From the NCBI GenBank assembly GCA_036172245.1, contig JAYWIR010000009.1, forward strand, positions 5,022,001-5,086,000: a stretch of DNA of 64,000 nucleotides, read 5' to 3'. A model generated the notes under the pieces. It was not told where the DNA came from and made no database searches. It worked only from the letters and a program-made list of their open reading frames with translations. Positions 48,401 through 59,712 of this stretch are shown piece after piece (positions within the stretch are counted from its first letter, which is position 1; every line of letters starts with the position of its first letter). Origin of the DNA: Raillietiella orientalis. Its lineage: Eukaryota. The position numbers were made by a program, and so were the translations under genes.

Positions 48401-50160
48401 CTTTGAGAGTGCGGAGGGTGACGCCTCTCAGGAATTCGCGAAGGTGTTCCTTCGCACCTGAGATGCGCGTCCAGTCCCCAGGCAACCGCCACGCCCTGGA
48501 CGGGGTCCCTTGTCGCGCGGGCACACCTCGAATATCAATCTGGAATGGTCAGATAGTTCCGACGCAACTTTCCCCCGTTTGCCGACCCGCGAGCACAGGT
48601 CGACATCCAGGAAGACGTGGTCGATGCTGCTGACCATTTCCGGGAGTTCCCTTAACAAGTTGCGCGTGCGCATGGCAGCGCATAACTCGTTAGCCGTCCG
48701 TTCCTGTGTGCGTGGCTCACCTGATAGCAGGCGGAGATTGAAGTCTCCCGCTATCAGGTGAGTCACGCGCACGTTCGCTTCCACCAGCCAGTCGCGCTTC
48801 AGGGTTTCCAGGAACGCCTTACGTTCCTGGTACCTGGTAGGATCGCTCGGAGCGTACACATTTGTTACGACGAGGTCGATCGTGTCGGACCACCTGAGAA
48901 TCAGCTGGCCGACACGACCGGCTTCGTCGAAGCGCACGCCCTTCACGGCTGCGGCGACTGCCGGCTTCATAAAAAACGCGACGCCACAGGTGTATCGGGT
49001 GCCGCATTGCCACATCAACCGTCCCCCTGCGATCCTTTCGATCTCCTGGGCGTTCTCCCCGGTGATCACGTGGATCTCCTGCAGGAGTGCCAGGTCGAAG
49101 TCACGCAGGGTGGCTGCCGTTTCCCGTCTGTTGCTGTCGTCGCGCAGCCCGTGGACGTTCCAACATGCCACACGCAATCGACGGCGACAGGCGAGCCCAG
49201 GTGTTATTCCCGGGAAAGTGGCAATGGGGCTCCCGCCACCTGGTCGGGCGGGACGGATGGAGGAACGGGATCACCGCGCACCAGTTCTCCCTCCTCCATG
49301 GGGGCCGATTCCTCGGCGGACCGCAACGGTTGAAGGGGGCGGGTTTCACGCACCTGCTCCCCCTCTTCCATGGGGGCCGATTCGTCGGCTGCGTTGGACG
49401 GCAGGGGGGAGCGGTTCTCAGCTGTCTGCTCCCCCTCTTCCATGACCATCTTCTCCGCAGGCTCCACCGGTCGAAGGGGGAGGCAATGCCCTACCTGCTC
49501 CCCTCCTCCATGGGGGTGGCCGGCTGCTCGGTGGCGGAGGGTGGGAAAATTCCTCCCTCCGTTCCCACGCTGCCGGCTTCCCCCTCGGCTGCCGGTGCGT
49601 CCCCCTCGCTCTTCGTCGGGATGCGCCTCTTGGGATTCTTGGACTTCCGTCCAGTCTTCTTCGGAGGCGCCTCCGTGGAAGAGGACGCACTTCCGGCATC
49701 CGGGTCGTGGTCACCTGTCGGAGGTGCCCTGGTCGCGGCCGGCCTTCGCAAGGCCTTTCGCGCGCCGTTCTCACGGTCGGCGAGTTCGGCCGCGAGCTCT
49801 TCCGCCGCCTGCTGGAAGGCGGCCTCGTCGATCGCGGCGAGCGCGTCGCGCGGTTTCCCCTCTGTTTGCACAGAGGGTTCGCCTTCCGTGATCGCGTTAT
49901 CTTCGGCGTCGACGCGGGGGATATCTCCCCCGGTGGCGGTCTCGGGTACCTCCACACGCTCCAAAGCGACCGAACATTCGCGGATCAACGCGCGGCGTTG
50001 TCTAATATTTAAAGGAGACGTCGCGGGTTCCGCCGTCGACCCTTCGGTTTTCTTAATTTTCTTGGATTTAGGCTTCGCCTTCTGCCAGCCTTCGCTCTGT
50101 TCAGCGTCGTCGGTAGATTGCACGACCGGCGTTTGCTGCACGGGCTCGGGCTCCGGCTGT
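45440..50160 (-). mobile_element. L1/Tx1 LINE A: ORF1 3' part, frameshifted full ORF2, 3' UTR
   Basis: ORFs 49491-50141, 48428-49177 (APE), 47613-48524, 46439-47470 (YADD) and 45469-46515 (CCHC); terminal hairpin at 45444-45470. Confidence 0.95.
49280..49520 (-). repeat. Four degenerate ~70-bp coding repeats (PMEEGE) at the end of LINE A ORF1
   Basis: CTCCCCCTCTTCCATGGGGGC-like unit recurs near 49285, 49358, 49429 and 49498. Confidence 0.75.
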
Positions 50161-50164
50161 GGGT

Positions 50165-52612
50165 GACGCGCGCCTCTCCTGCGGACTTGCGACGGCGCGC
50201 GTCACCATGGACGACCGGAGGCTCATGCCTTCGCAGATCCTCCTCGGTGACGTCGTCGTCTATCTCCGGTTTGCCGGGCAAACCCCCGCTTGCGGTAACT
50301 GCGGGAAGGAGGGCCACCGTCCGCGGAAGTGCCCAACACGCAGTTGCCGATACTGTAAGCTGCTCGGCCACTCGATTAACGAGTGCGCCGAGCTAAAACG
50401 AAAGAGGAGGGCGAGAAACCTCCCCGCAACATCGCCGTCCGCGCCGACTCCATCCGCCCCGTCGTCGGGGAAGAAATCAGGCGCGAACGAGGATTCTCAG
50501 CGGAGAAGTGAAAAGTCCGCTTGCGCGGGCGATTCTCGGAGCAATGCTCCCAAAAAACCCGCGCGAAAGGACAAGAAGCTTCTCCAGGCTGCTTCAGTGA
50601 AGCCCCGAGCGACCCAGCCCGCCGATAACATCGGGCAGGCTGCAAAACCACCGCCGCTTCCGTCCACTCTCGCTCCGGAGCGAAATAGCGGTGGCACGCC
50701 CGGGAAGACCACCGGAGCGTCGAAAAAGGGGTCGCGCGCACCTTTGCCAGGGACAGGCAAGCCGGCCACGGCGGGCCGAACGCCAGCAAAGGCTGAAAAG
50801 CCTCGCGCGACACCCGAGAATCCCGCCACTGTGCCCGCACCTCCCGGTAAGGAGGTGCAGAAGGCAGACGTGGCGAAGGAGACACTGGCCTCCATCGCCG
50901 TATCCGAGGCCTTGGAAAGGATGCGAAGGACCCTGGAAGCCCTCGCGCCCAACCGGGGCAAACAGGAAGGCGGCGAGAATGGCTGGACCTTCGTCGGGGG
51001 AAAGAAGGAGCGCAAACCGCGCGATCCTTCCCACTTCCCGATCAAAAAGGTAGGCGGGGTGAAGAGGCAACCCCGCGCGCCCAGAAAGGCGCCAGGAAAA
51101 GCCTCTGCTGCCGCCGCGCGCGCCGCCGCAAACACCCGCGGCGAGAGGGGAGCTGCCGAAGCCGTGACCCCGAAAGGGGGATCGGCGACGAAGGCACCCT
51201 CTAAGAATGCTGGACCAGCTCCGGGCTGCCAGCAAACAAAGAGGCAGGCGAAACACCCGCCGCCGCGTGCGCGCAATTCGGACTGCGAGGTGGAGTCCGA
51301 GGGCAGCGCTAAGGCTCGCCAAGCCCCGGTCAAGGCCAGGGCTGCGCGCAAGCCAAAACTTGCCAGGCAAGAGCCTGATGCCGGGAACGGTTCCCGATGC
51401 TCCTCGGAGCCCGAGGCAATGGTCCTCGACTCCACCGAGCCGGCCGCGAGCGGCGCGGCGGGGACAGGAAGCGCTTGCGCTACCTCATCCGCCGTGCTCC
51501 CGGCTGATGCCTCGCCGGACGGGGCGAGGAACGCACCTCCATGTCCGTAGCAGCAATGCGCGGTCTCGCTTCTTCCTGTCGCGTCCGAGTGGCCTGTTGG
51601 AACGTCAACGGGCTGCAGGACAGCGAGAAGAGGCGATTGGTTGCCAACGTCTTGCGCGACTTCGATCTGGCCCTGCTGCAGGAGATTCACGCACTCTCCG
51701 AGCAGCAATCGGCCGATCTGCAAGTTCGCGCAGGCGGGACGCTCCATTGGAGGTCAGGCTCCCAGAATACCTGCGGAGTCGCATTCCTTGTCCGGGGCAG
51801 GGTGGCGGGAGCGGTGCGGAGCGTTTGTTTCGACGAGGAAGGTCGTGTGGGCCAACTTGTTCTCAAGTGGTCCGAATAGATCAACCTTGTCGTCACGAAC
51901 GTGTACGCGCCGAGCGACTCCGCACGTCACACCGAGAAACTGGAGTTTTTCGAGAGACTGCGCGACCGCTGGCTCAGCAACTCCGGCCCCGACGTGGCTC
52001 ACCTCGTAGCCGGGGACTTCAACGTCCACGCGCTATCGGAGGAGTCTCACCGTCGCCAGGAGAAACGGCTGGTGAACGAGGTGTGCGCGTCGCTGCACAC
52101 CTCGAATTTGCTGGCCGACGATCCCGGAATGCGTGCTTTGCCGGACCATGTGTTCCTCGACGATCACCTTCATTGTCGGGTGGGTCGAGAGGTCCCGTGC
52201 CGTCCGAGCTTTCCGACCACTACAGGCTGGAGTTTGAGCTACTCCTGTCTGGCAAGGGCCCTCCGACGCACGTCTGGAGGTTGCCGGCCGACTGGTTGAG
52301 AAATCCGGTGGCTGCGGAGCACTTCCGCCAGCATCTCCGGACCTTTGCCGTTCGAGAGCTCGTGGACTGGGACGATCTGAAAAGATCGGTCCGCGAGTTC
52401 TGCAGCCGGTTCCCCTTGCGCCTGCTTCCCCGTGACTTCGGGGAAGGCGTGGCCAACAGCAGAGAGTTTCTGCAGGCCCGCCAATTCTTTCGATGCCCGG
52501 ACGTCCGGTACCTTGCGGAGTACAAGGCCAAGGCCGAGCGCCAGGTCTGGCAGTCAGGAGCAGCTTGTCTGCTCGACGACCAGGGCCTGGAGTGCTCGGG
52601 CGCGGCCGAAGC
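50165..52612 (+). mobile_element. L1/Tx1 LINE B: ORF1 (two zinc knuckles) and start of ORF2, interrupted at 52612
   Basis: CGNCGKEGHRPRKC..CRYCKLLGHSINEC in ORF 50159-51550; APE domain from ~51557. Confidence 0.92.
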
Positions 52613-55600
52613 TTGCCACCCGGATATGCTGGGGCATTTATTATTCTAATTTTTTACAAAAATTAGATAATAAAGTCTTTCAAAAGTTAATTGTGGGAAA
52701 CACTTGGTTTTCCCACCTTGGTTGACGTGTCTGTTGCCGGTGCATAGACCGGTTAGGTCCATTCCCGAGGCGCATGGGAAGGGAAAACTAGAACAAAAAC
52801 AAACAAAAAGAGAGATAACGGGGAGGGAAACAGTTGTATGGGGAGAGGGGGGGGGCAGGGAAGGGATCACTGAGCGCCTGGGTCGGTCCTCCGCATCCTG
52901 TTCAGGATGCAGTCAACTTCTGTTTTAACCCTGAAAGGTAGACGCCACCTTGTCGCCGTCTCTAAAGAGATCGTCGTCCAGTGGATGGCGTCCCTGCATC
53001 TTGGGCCTCTTCTTCTGGCGTGCCACCTTTGCACAATGCCGCGCACGCAGCAGAGGACTGCTAGAGACGCGGCGGGGCGCAGGCCGTCACGCAGAAAGAG
53101 GCGACGGTAAATTTCCTTAGGGTCGCCTACTGGAAGATGGAGGATTGGGGCGATTCTACTCCAGAGTCCATCCAGGGCGACACACTCGAGGGTGAGATGC
53201 GGGAAGGTTTCTCTTTCTCCGCACTCGACACAGCGGGCATCCACATTCCCCAGTGTCAGTGAGACAGGCGTGCTCTGCTTAACAGTCCCCAGTGCAGAAA
53301 TAGCAACGCCGTCTCCTGCCACTTCAACGGAAGTGTGCCGCAATCCCAACACGCTGGGGGCCACTTCACCTCCTCCGGAGGTATTGCGAGCAGCTGTCCC
53401 CAGCGCGCAAGTCCGTGAGGCGGGACGCTCGGGGTGGCAGCGTCCGTGAGCTCCCGAGTCGTCCACGCCTTTAAAGGTTTTTTTCTGCCTCGGATGAAGC
53501 AGGACATTTCCCACGATGCCAGCTCGTTGCTGCTCCTAGTGTTTTTCAGGGAGGACAGAACGGGGGCAAGGGGACTGAAAGAAGCCCACAGAAACTTCCG
53601 GGGCGTGTTGATAATCTCCTGCAGCGGCTGTCGAGCGTACGGTCCTCGTCGTAGGCAGTTGTATTCCGCCTCGCTCGTGTCGTTGATCTTAGCCCACGCG
53701 GAAGCTGACTCCTGAAGCCAGGCAGTGCAGTTCGCGGGAAGGCAGGAGATCCAGGTATTCTCCCTCATCAGGGCGAACTCCTGGCGCAAATCGGGACCAC
53801 AGTTGGAGAGGCTGCGCTGGTAGGCCACGAGGATCGAGGACAATCCTTCGCAGCCGGTTGCTCTTCTGGCGAGGAGCCGTGCCGGATCGCACAATGGCAT
53901 CATCCATAAGCTAGCCGCAAGGGCTAACTTTCGAATTCTTGTTTGAAGTTGGATGCGCTCCAACGTAAGGAGGCCCGAGCCACCATCCCTGCGTGGAGCG
54001 CACAAGTCTTTCAATCGGACTCGCGACTTCGCTGTGCCCCAAAGGGCCGTCCTCAAGAGGGCTTTGCTCCGTCTCTGTATGATGGGAGGGGCGGGGCAAA
54101 CAAAAAGTAAGGGGCGAAGGAGGGGGGCCGCGAACGCGTTCCACACCGCGGCCCGCTCCTGCAAGTAAAACATGCCGTTCCGGAACGGGCCGATCGCCAA
54201 CTCCACCTTTTGGAGACGGTCGGACCAGGCTTCTGCAACGCAGAAGTCCCCCAACGGAACGCCAAGGTACTTGAAGCACCTGCCCGTGGGGATCCCCAAG
54301 CGGATCCAGTCCTGCCGTCCGGCCCACGCCGTATTGTTTGAAAGTAGTGGTGATGTAGGAACGATTGTGGATTTCTCTCTGTTCACCTCGAGGCCCGTCC
54401 CGCGGCGCAGCAACTCAAAGAAATCTTCGAGCGCCGACGCCGGGGTGGACCCGGGGAGCAGGAGCAGAAGGTCGTCGGCGTAGGCCGACACGGCAGGCCT
54501 GCCGGGACACAAGCTTGGCAGGGTTGCCAGAGTCTCCCTGTATGCCCTCAGCACCAGCTCGAAGTAGATGCTGAAGAGCATGGGGCTCAGACTGTCACCC
54601 TGCCTTATGCCACGCCGAACCGGCACGCCGTACACGTGCCGGCCGCTAAAAGATATGTTTATTAGAGCGAAGCGCCAGCAGGAGCGCAGGTAAGCCCGGA
54701 AGACGGCCGGGAATCCCAAGCGTTCCAGGAGCTCCAGAAGCAGTTCCTGGTCGACGCAATCGAACGCTTTACGCAGATCGACTGCGACCGCAAGGGCACC
54801 GGCGCGGCTCTTCCATGAAGGGCGTCCCCTCCCTGGTCAGAGGAGAATCCAGGATTCTCTTGACCTCCCTGGTCTTCGCTTTGTTGCAACTGCCACCATG
54901 TACTGGCGAGGAACAGGTTGGCCTCCATGCTTCGTCCGGGAACAGCGTATGTCTGCTCCGGACTCACCACGGATTCCGCCACCCGTCCCAGTCGCTCAGC
55001 CCAAAGCTTGGCAAGCAACTTCGCATCCGCATTCACTACTGTGATGGGACGCCAGTTGCCTACATTGCGATTGTCTCCTCCTTTCGGCAGGAGACGTACT
55101 CTAGCTGACCGGAACGATTTGGGGACGTCCCCTTGTTCTCGGATCAGCATGCATAGCCGATGCACCAGGGGGGCCAGCTCCGCCACGAAGCCTTGGTAGA
55201 ACTCCGCGGGCAGACCGTCTTCCCCTGGTGCTTTCTTCTTTCGGAGCTTTCCGATGGCGGAGACGATCTCCGCCATCGAGAAGGCTCCTCGAGTTGATGT
55301 GCCTGCTCCTCCTGCAGGGCGGGGCGCCTTGCGGCAGCAAGCGCTGCGCCACGGCGCGCTCTGTTGTTCTACGCGCGTACAAGGAGTAATAGTCCCGCAG
55401 GATGCGGTTTATTCTCGCTGGTGCTGAGCATTCTTGGCCTTGGGCGTCCAGCAAGCTGGCCGACCCGGATTGCCAGGTCTGTCGCTCAGCCCCAGCTTTA
55501 TACTCCGCCAGGCGTCGAACGTCGGGAGTCCTAGAGTAAAGACGGGCGTGGTGGTATGCCCGGTCGTTCCTCAGCCCAGCGTCCGCCGTACACCGCGTAG

Positions 55601-58600
55601 TCAGGAGCTACTTCTCCTCGTTGTACGCGGAGGAGCCCACGGAACGCAGACTCCCCGAGCTGCTTCTTCCGACGGGCAACCCTGCTATCGACGAGGAGGA
55701 ACGCGCCAGATTGGATTGGCCCTTCACGACGAAAGAAGTATCTTCCGCCATATGCGGCCCTGAAGAGGCGTAAGGCGCCAGGTGAGGATAGTCTGCCTGC
55801 TGAGTTCTTCCAGTGCTTCGCGGCGGAACTCATCACCCTTGTGCTGAGGCTTTGTGCGCTGATGCGAGAAACGGGCAATATCCCGACCTCGTTTCGCTCA
55901 GCAAGGGTGCGTCTGTTGCCGAAAGGCGGAGACATGCGCCATTTAAGCAACTGGCGTCCCATCACCTTGGTGAATGCGGACGTCAAGTTGTTCTCCAGGC
56001 TGTAGGTCGCGCGCCTGGGCAGGATCGCTGGATCCGTGGTAAGTCCGGAGCAGTCTTACGCTGTTCCCGGGCGGTGCATGGAGACGAACCTGTTTTTCGC
56101 GCGCACGTGGCTCGAGCTGCAACGCTGCGTGGCGCACGACAGCCAGGCAACCGCGTCTGCGGCTGCCGAGGCTAGGCGTCGCTGCATTCGGCCTGGGGAA
56201 GCGCCGGGTGCCTTGACGGTCGCGGTCGATCTCCGCAAGGCGTTCGATTGCGTAAATCAGGATCTCCTGCTGGAGCTCCTGGAACGCCTCGGTCTCCCGG
56301 TGCACCTCGTGGCGTATTTGCGCGCTTGCTGGCGCCACGCGCTCATTTCCATCTCTTTTAGCGGCTGCCACGTGTACGGCGTGCCGGTGCGGCGGGGCAT
56401 AAGGCAGGGAGATAGCCTCAACCCCCTGCTCTTGAGCACCTACTTTGAGTTGGTGCTGAGAGCGTACAGGGTGACTTTGACCCCATTGCCGAGCTCGTGC
56501 CCCGGCACGCCCGCCGTAGCAGCGTACGCCGACGATCTTCTGCTCTTGTTGCCAATGTCCACCCCGGCAAAGGCGGTCAGAGACTTCTTCAATCTGCTCA
56601 GCCTCGTGACCGGACTGCAGGCTAACAGAGCGAAGTCGTCGGTTGTGCCAATAGGTGCGGAGAGGGCAGGGCAGCAGGACTGGGTCCGTCTGGGGATCCC
56701 CACGGCGAGGTGCTTCAAGTAACTTGGTGTGCCGTTGGGGGACTACTCCCCTGCGGAAGCGTGGTCGAGCTGCCTCCAAAAAGTCGAGACGGCGATCGGC
56801 CCGTTCCTGGAAGGCAAGTTTCACTTGCCGGAACGGGCCGCGGTTTGACACGCCATCCTCCGCCCCTTGCTTTTTGTTTGCCCCCCCACCGTGGAATCCA
56901 AGAAGGGGACAAAGGACCTCCTCCGTATCGCCCTTTGGGGCAAGGGGAGGCTCCGAGTCCCTCTGAAGGACTTGTGCGCTCTGCGTCGGGACGGCGGTCT
57001 TGGCCTCCTGACGCTGGAGCGCGTGGAGAAGCAGCTGCGGTGGCGAATCCTCGCCATCGCAGCGAAGATGTGGAGCACCCCTTGGTGCACTCCGGCCCGC
57101 CTCCTGGCCAGCCGTGTGTCCCGGTGCGATGGACTCACGTCTTTACTTCTGAGCCGTAGCCTGAAGATGCGAAGATGCGGCCTCCTGCTCAGGCGCATGG
57201 CAACATTGGCCAAGGAGAACAGCTGGATGGTTTGCTGCCTCGCCAACTCCCCCGCCTGGCTGGAGGAGAATATTGGAACGTGGGCAGCGGTGAACCAGAG
57301 GAGCCACGAAACGTGGAATCGTCTCCGATGCAGCCCCTACGCCCGCTGCACGCTACGGAATCTCCTGGAGAGTCCAGCAAGATGCACGTGGGCAGAGACG
57401 ACCTGCCTAGCTACGGCGCTGCCCTTCCTAAGGAGGGCACTTCACAGCACCCGGACGCCAAGGTGGCAAGTCTCCTGCTGCATCGAGGGACGCGAGAAGT
57501 AGATCAGCGGCTGGACAACAGGAGAACTGGCCGACACCACGACACCGAGCGTCCAGCCGCGAGGATTATTAAGATGCGGCGAGCTGCTCGCCATCCCCAG
57601 GGATGAGCTGAAGTGGCCCTCGGTGATTAAAGAATCCAGGATCCTGCCCCTCAAGTGGCAAGAGTCGGCGTTGCTTTTGTTGCACTGGGGTTTACCCTGC
57701 AACGCGCGCCGCTTCCACTGGACGAGGGGAGCTGTGGATCCTGCGTGTGCCAGGTGCGGGGAGCGGGAATCTCTCCCCCACCTTATTGTGCATTGTGCTG
57801 CCCTCCGACCCCTTTGGGAACCGTTCGGGACGACCCTCGGGCTTCCTACGGGCAGAATCCCCAGAGACGTTCTTCGGCCCCTCTTCGTGAAGGACGCACT
57901 GCAGCCAGCCGCAGCCATCGCAGCCTTGTGCTGCGTCCGTGGCATCGTGGCGGCATGGAGCGACGCCAACAACGAAGGAGTGGGTCCACAGGCGAGGGAT
58001 GTCATCCCGTATGCCCAACGCTTCTTGCGAAGAGCTGCCGGATGTCCCCAACTGGGGAATATGCAGACAGACCTCGAGGGCTTCGTTCGACGGATGGGCC
58101 CTCCCCACAGCGACCAGTGATCCCTTCCCTGCCCTCCAACCTCATTTGTTTGTTTCCGTTTTAGTTTTTATTTTTGTTTTTCCCCATCCCCTTTCGTTGC
58201 CGGGGAGTGCCACGCCGGGCTGCGTCCCGGTGTCCCGGTAGGTCCCGTGCATAAGGCCGTGAACGGGGCCTGGTACCGCGATTGTAGAGTTTTTTATAAA
58301 TAAATGCCCCGGGCGTACCCGGGTGGCAACAACGAAACCTGGAGGGAGACGGTTCAGGGGAAACTGGTTGCAGAACTCGCAAACTGAGCTCTTCAAGTCG
58401 TCCCAGTCCGCGAGCGACTGCAGATGGAAGCTTTGCAAGAACGAGCGAAGATGTTGCGCTGCTCCTGCGATGCGCAACCAGTCCCCTGGCAAACGGCACG
58501 CTGTGGATGGTGGATCTCTACCGCGCGGGTGTATTTCTACCACGAGCCGGGGATGGTCGGAAAGTTCGGATGGCACTGCCCCTCGATTTCCCACCCGCGA

Positions 58601-59712
58601 ACACAGGTGGTTGTCGAGGAACATGTGGTCGATCCTCGTCTCCGTCCCGGCGTCACCGGCCAACAAGTTGCGCGCGTGCATGGCAGCGCACATCTCGTTG
58701 ACCAGCTGTGCGCGAATGTCGGGCGCACCTGCCAGCAGGCGGACGTTAAAGTCCCCGGCAATGAGGTGCGCCTTTCGCATGTCTGCTTCGGCCAGCCAAT
58801 CTCGCCGCAGGCCTTCGAAGAACGCAGTGCGTTCCCCGCGCCTGTGGCTCGTGCCGGGCGCGTACACGTTGGTCACGACGAGGTCGATCGCGTCGGACCA
58901 CTTGGAAACAAGCTGCCCGATTTGACCTTCCCCGTCGGAGTGCACGTCGCGCAGCGCATTAACGACGGCTGGCTTCAGCATGAAAGCCACACCGCGGGTG
59001 CGGTCGCTCCTGTTTTGGTATGCGAGCCGCCCGCCTGCGATCCGTTCGATTTCCTGGTCCTCCCCTGCGTGGAGCACGTGCGTCTCCTGCAGAAGCGCCA
59101 GGTCGAAGTCCCGCAGGCTGGCGGCCACTTCTCTCCTCTTGCCGTCGTCGCGCAACCCGTTGACGTTCCAACAGATTACGCGCAGTCGCCGGCAGGAGGA
59201 GAGTTTACGCGTTGGTGTGTTTATGGTGTTTGCTTACCGTCCTCCGCCTGCTGTTCAGCAGGCGGGAGTTGTGTATCCATTGCGACGGGCTGTTCCTCGC
59301 AAGGGGGCGGTCCGTCGGTGGTTGTGGTGGTCGTTGGAGGATCCTGCTTGGCCAGGGCCGCCTCCGGCGAGGAATCGCGAGACCTCGCGGACATCGCCTC
59401 CCCGTCGTCGTGGTCCGACCGCATTTCCTCCTCCGCCGGTGGAAGTGCGGAGCGCCGCAGGTTGCCAACCTTGCGGCCCGCTTTGCGCTTCAGGAGAGCG
59501 AAAGCCGGAGCGTTGCCGGCTTCCGCTTCGGACTCGGAAGTCTCCGGTCCTTTCGTCACAGCCGGACGCCTCAAGGCCTTCTTCTGGGCCTTGGGAGGTT
59601 GCTGGAGCATGGCTGCAAACTCTTCCGCCGCCTTATTGAAGTCCCGGTCGTCGCTGCTCACGCTGGGCTCGCGACTTTGTCGCGGCGTCGGCGTTCGAGC
59701 GGCGGCGGGTTG
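52613..59712 (-). mobile_element. L1/Tx1 LINE C: ORF1 end, ORF2 and 3' UTR, split by LINE E
   Basis: APE 58330-59210 ends RLPPGF and resumes GLRNDRAY at 55577. RT at 53256-54719; terminal hairpin at 52617-52642. Confidence 0.92.
55578..58329 (+). mobile_element. 5'-truncated L1/Tx1 LINE E nested in LINE C
   Basis: RT (AYADD) at 56036-56722, CCHC at 57623-58120, terminal hairpin at 58299-58325. Confidence 0.92.
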
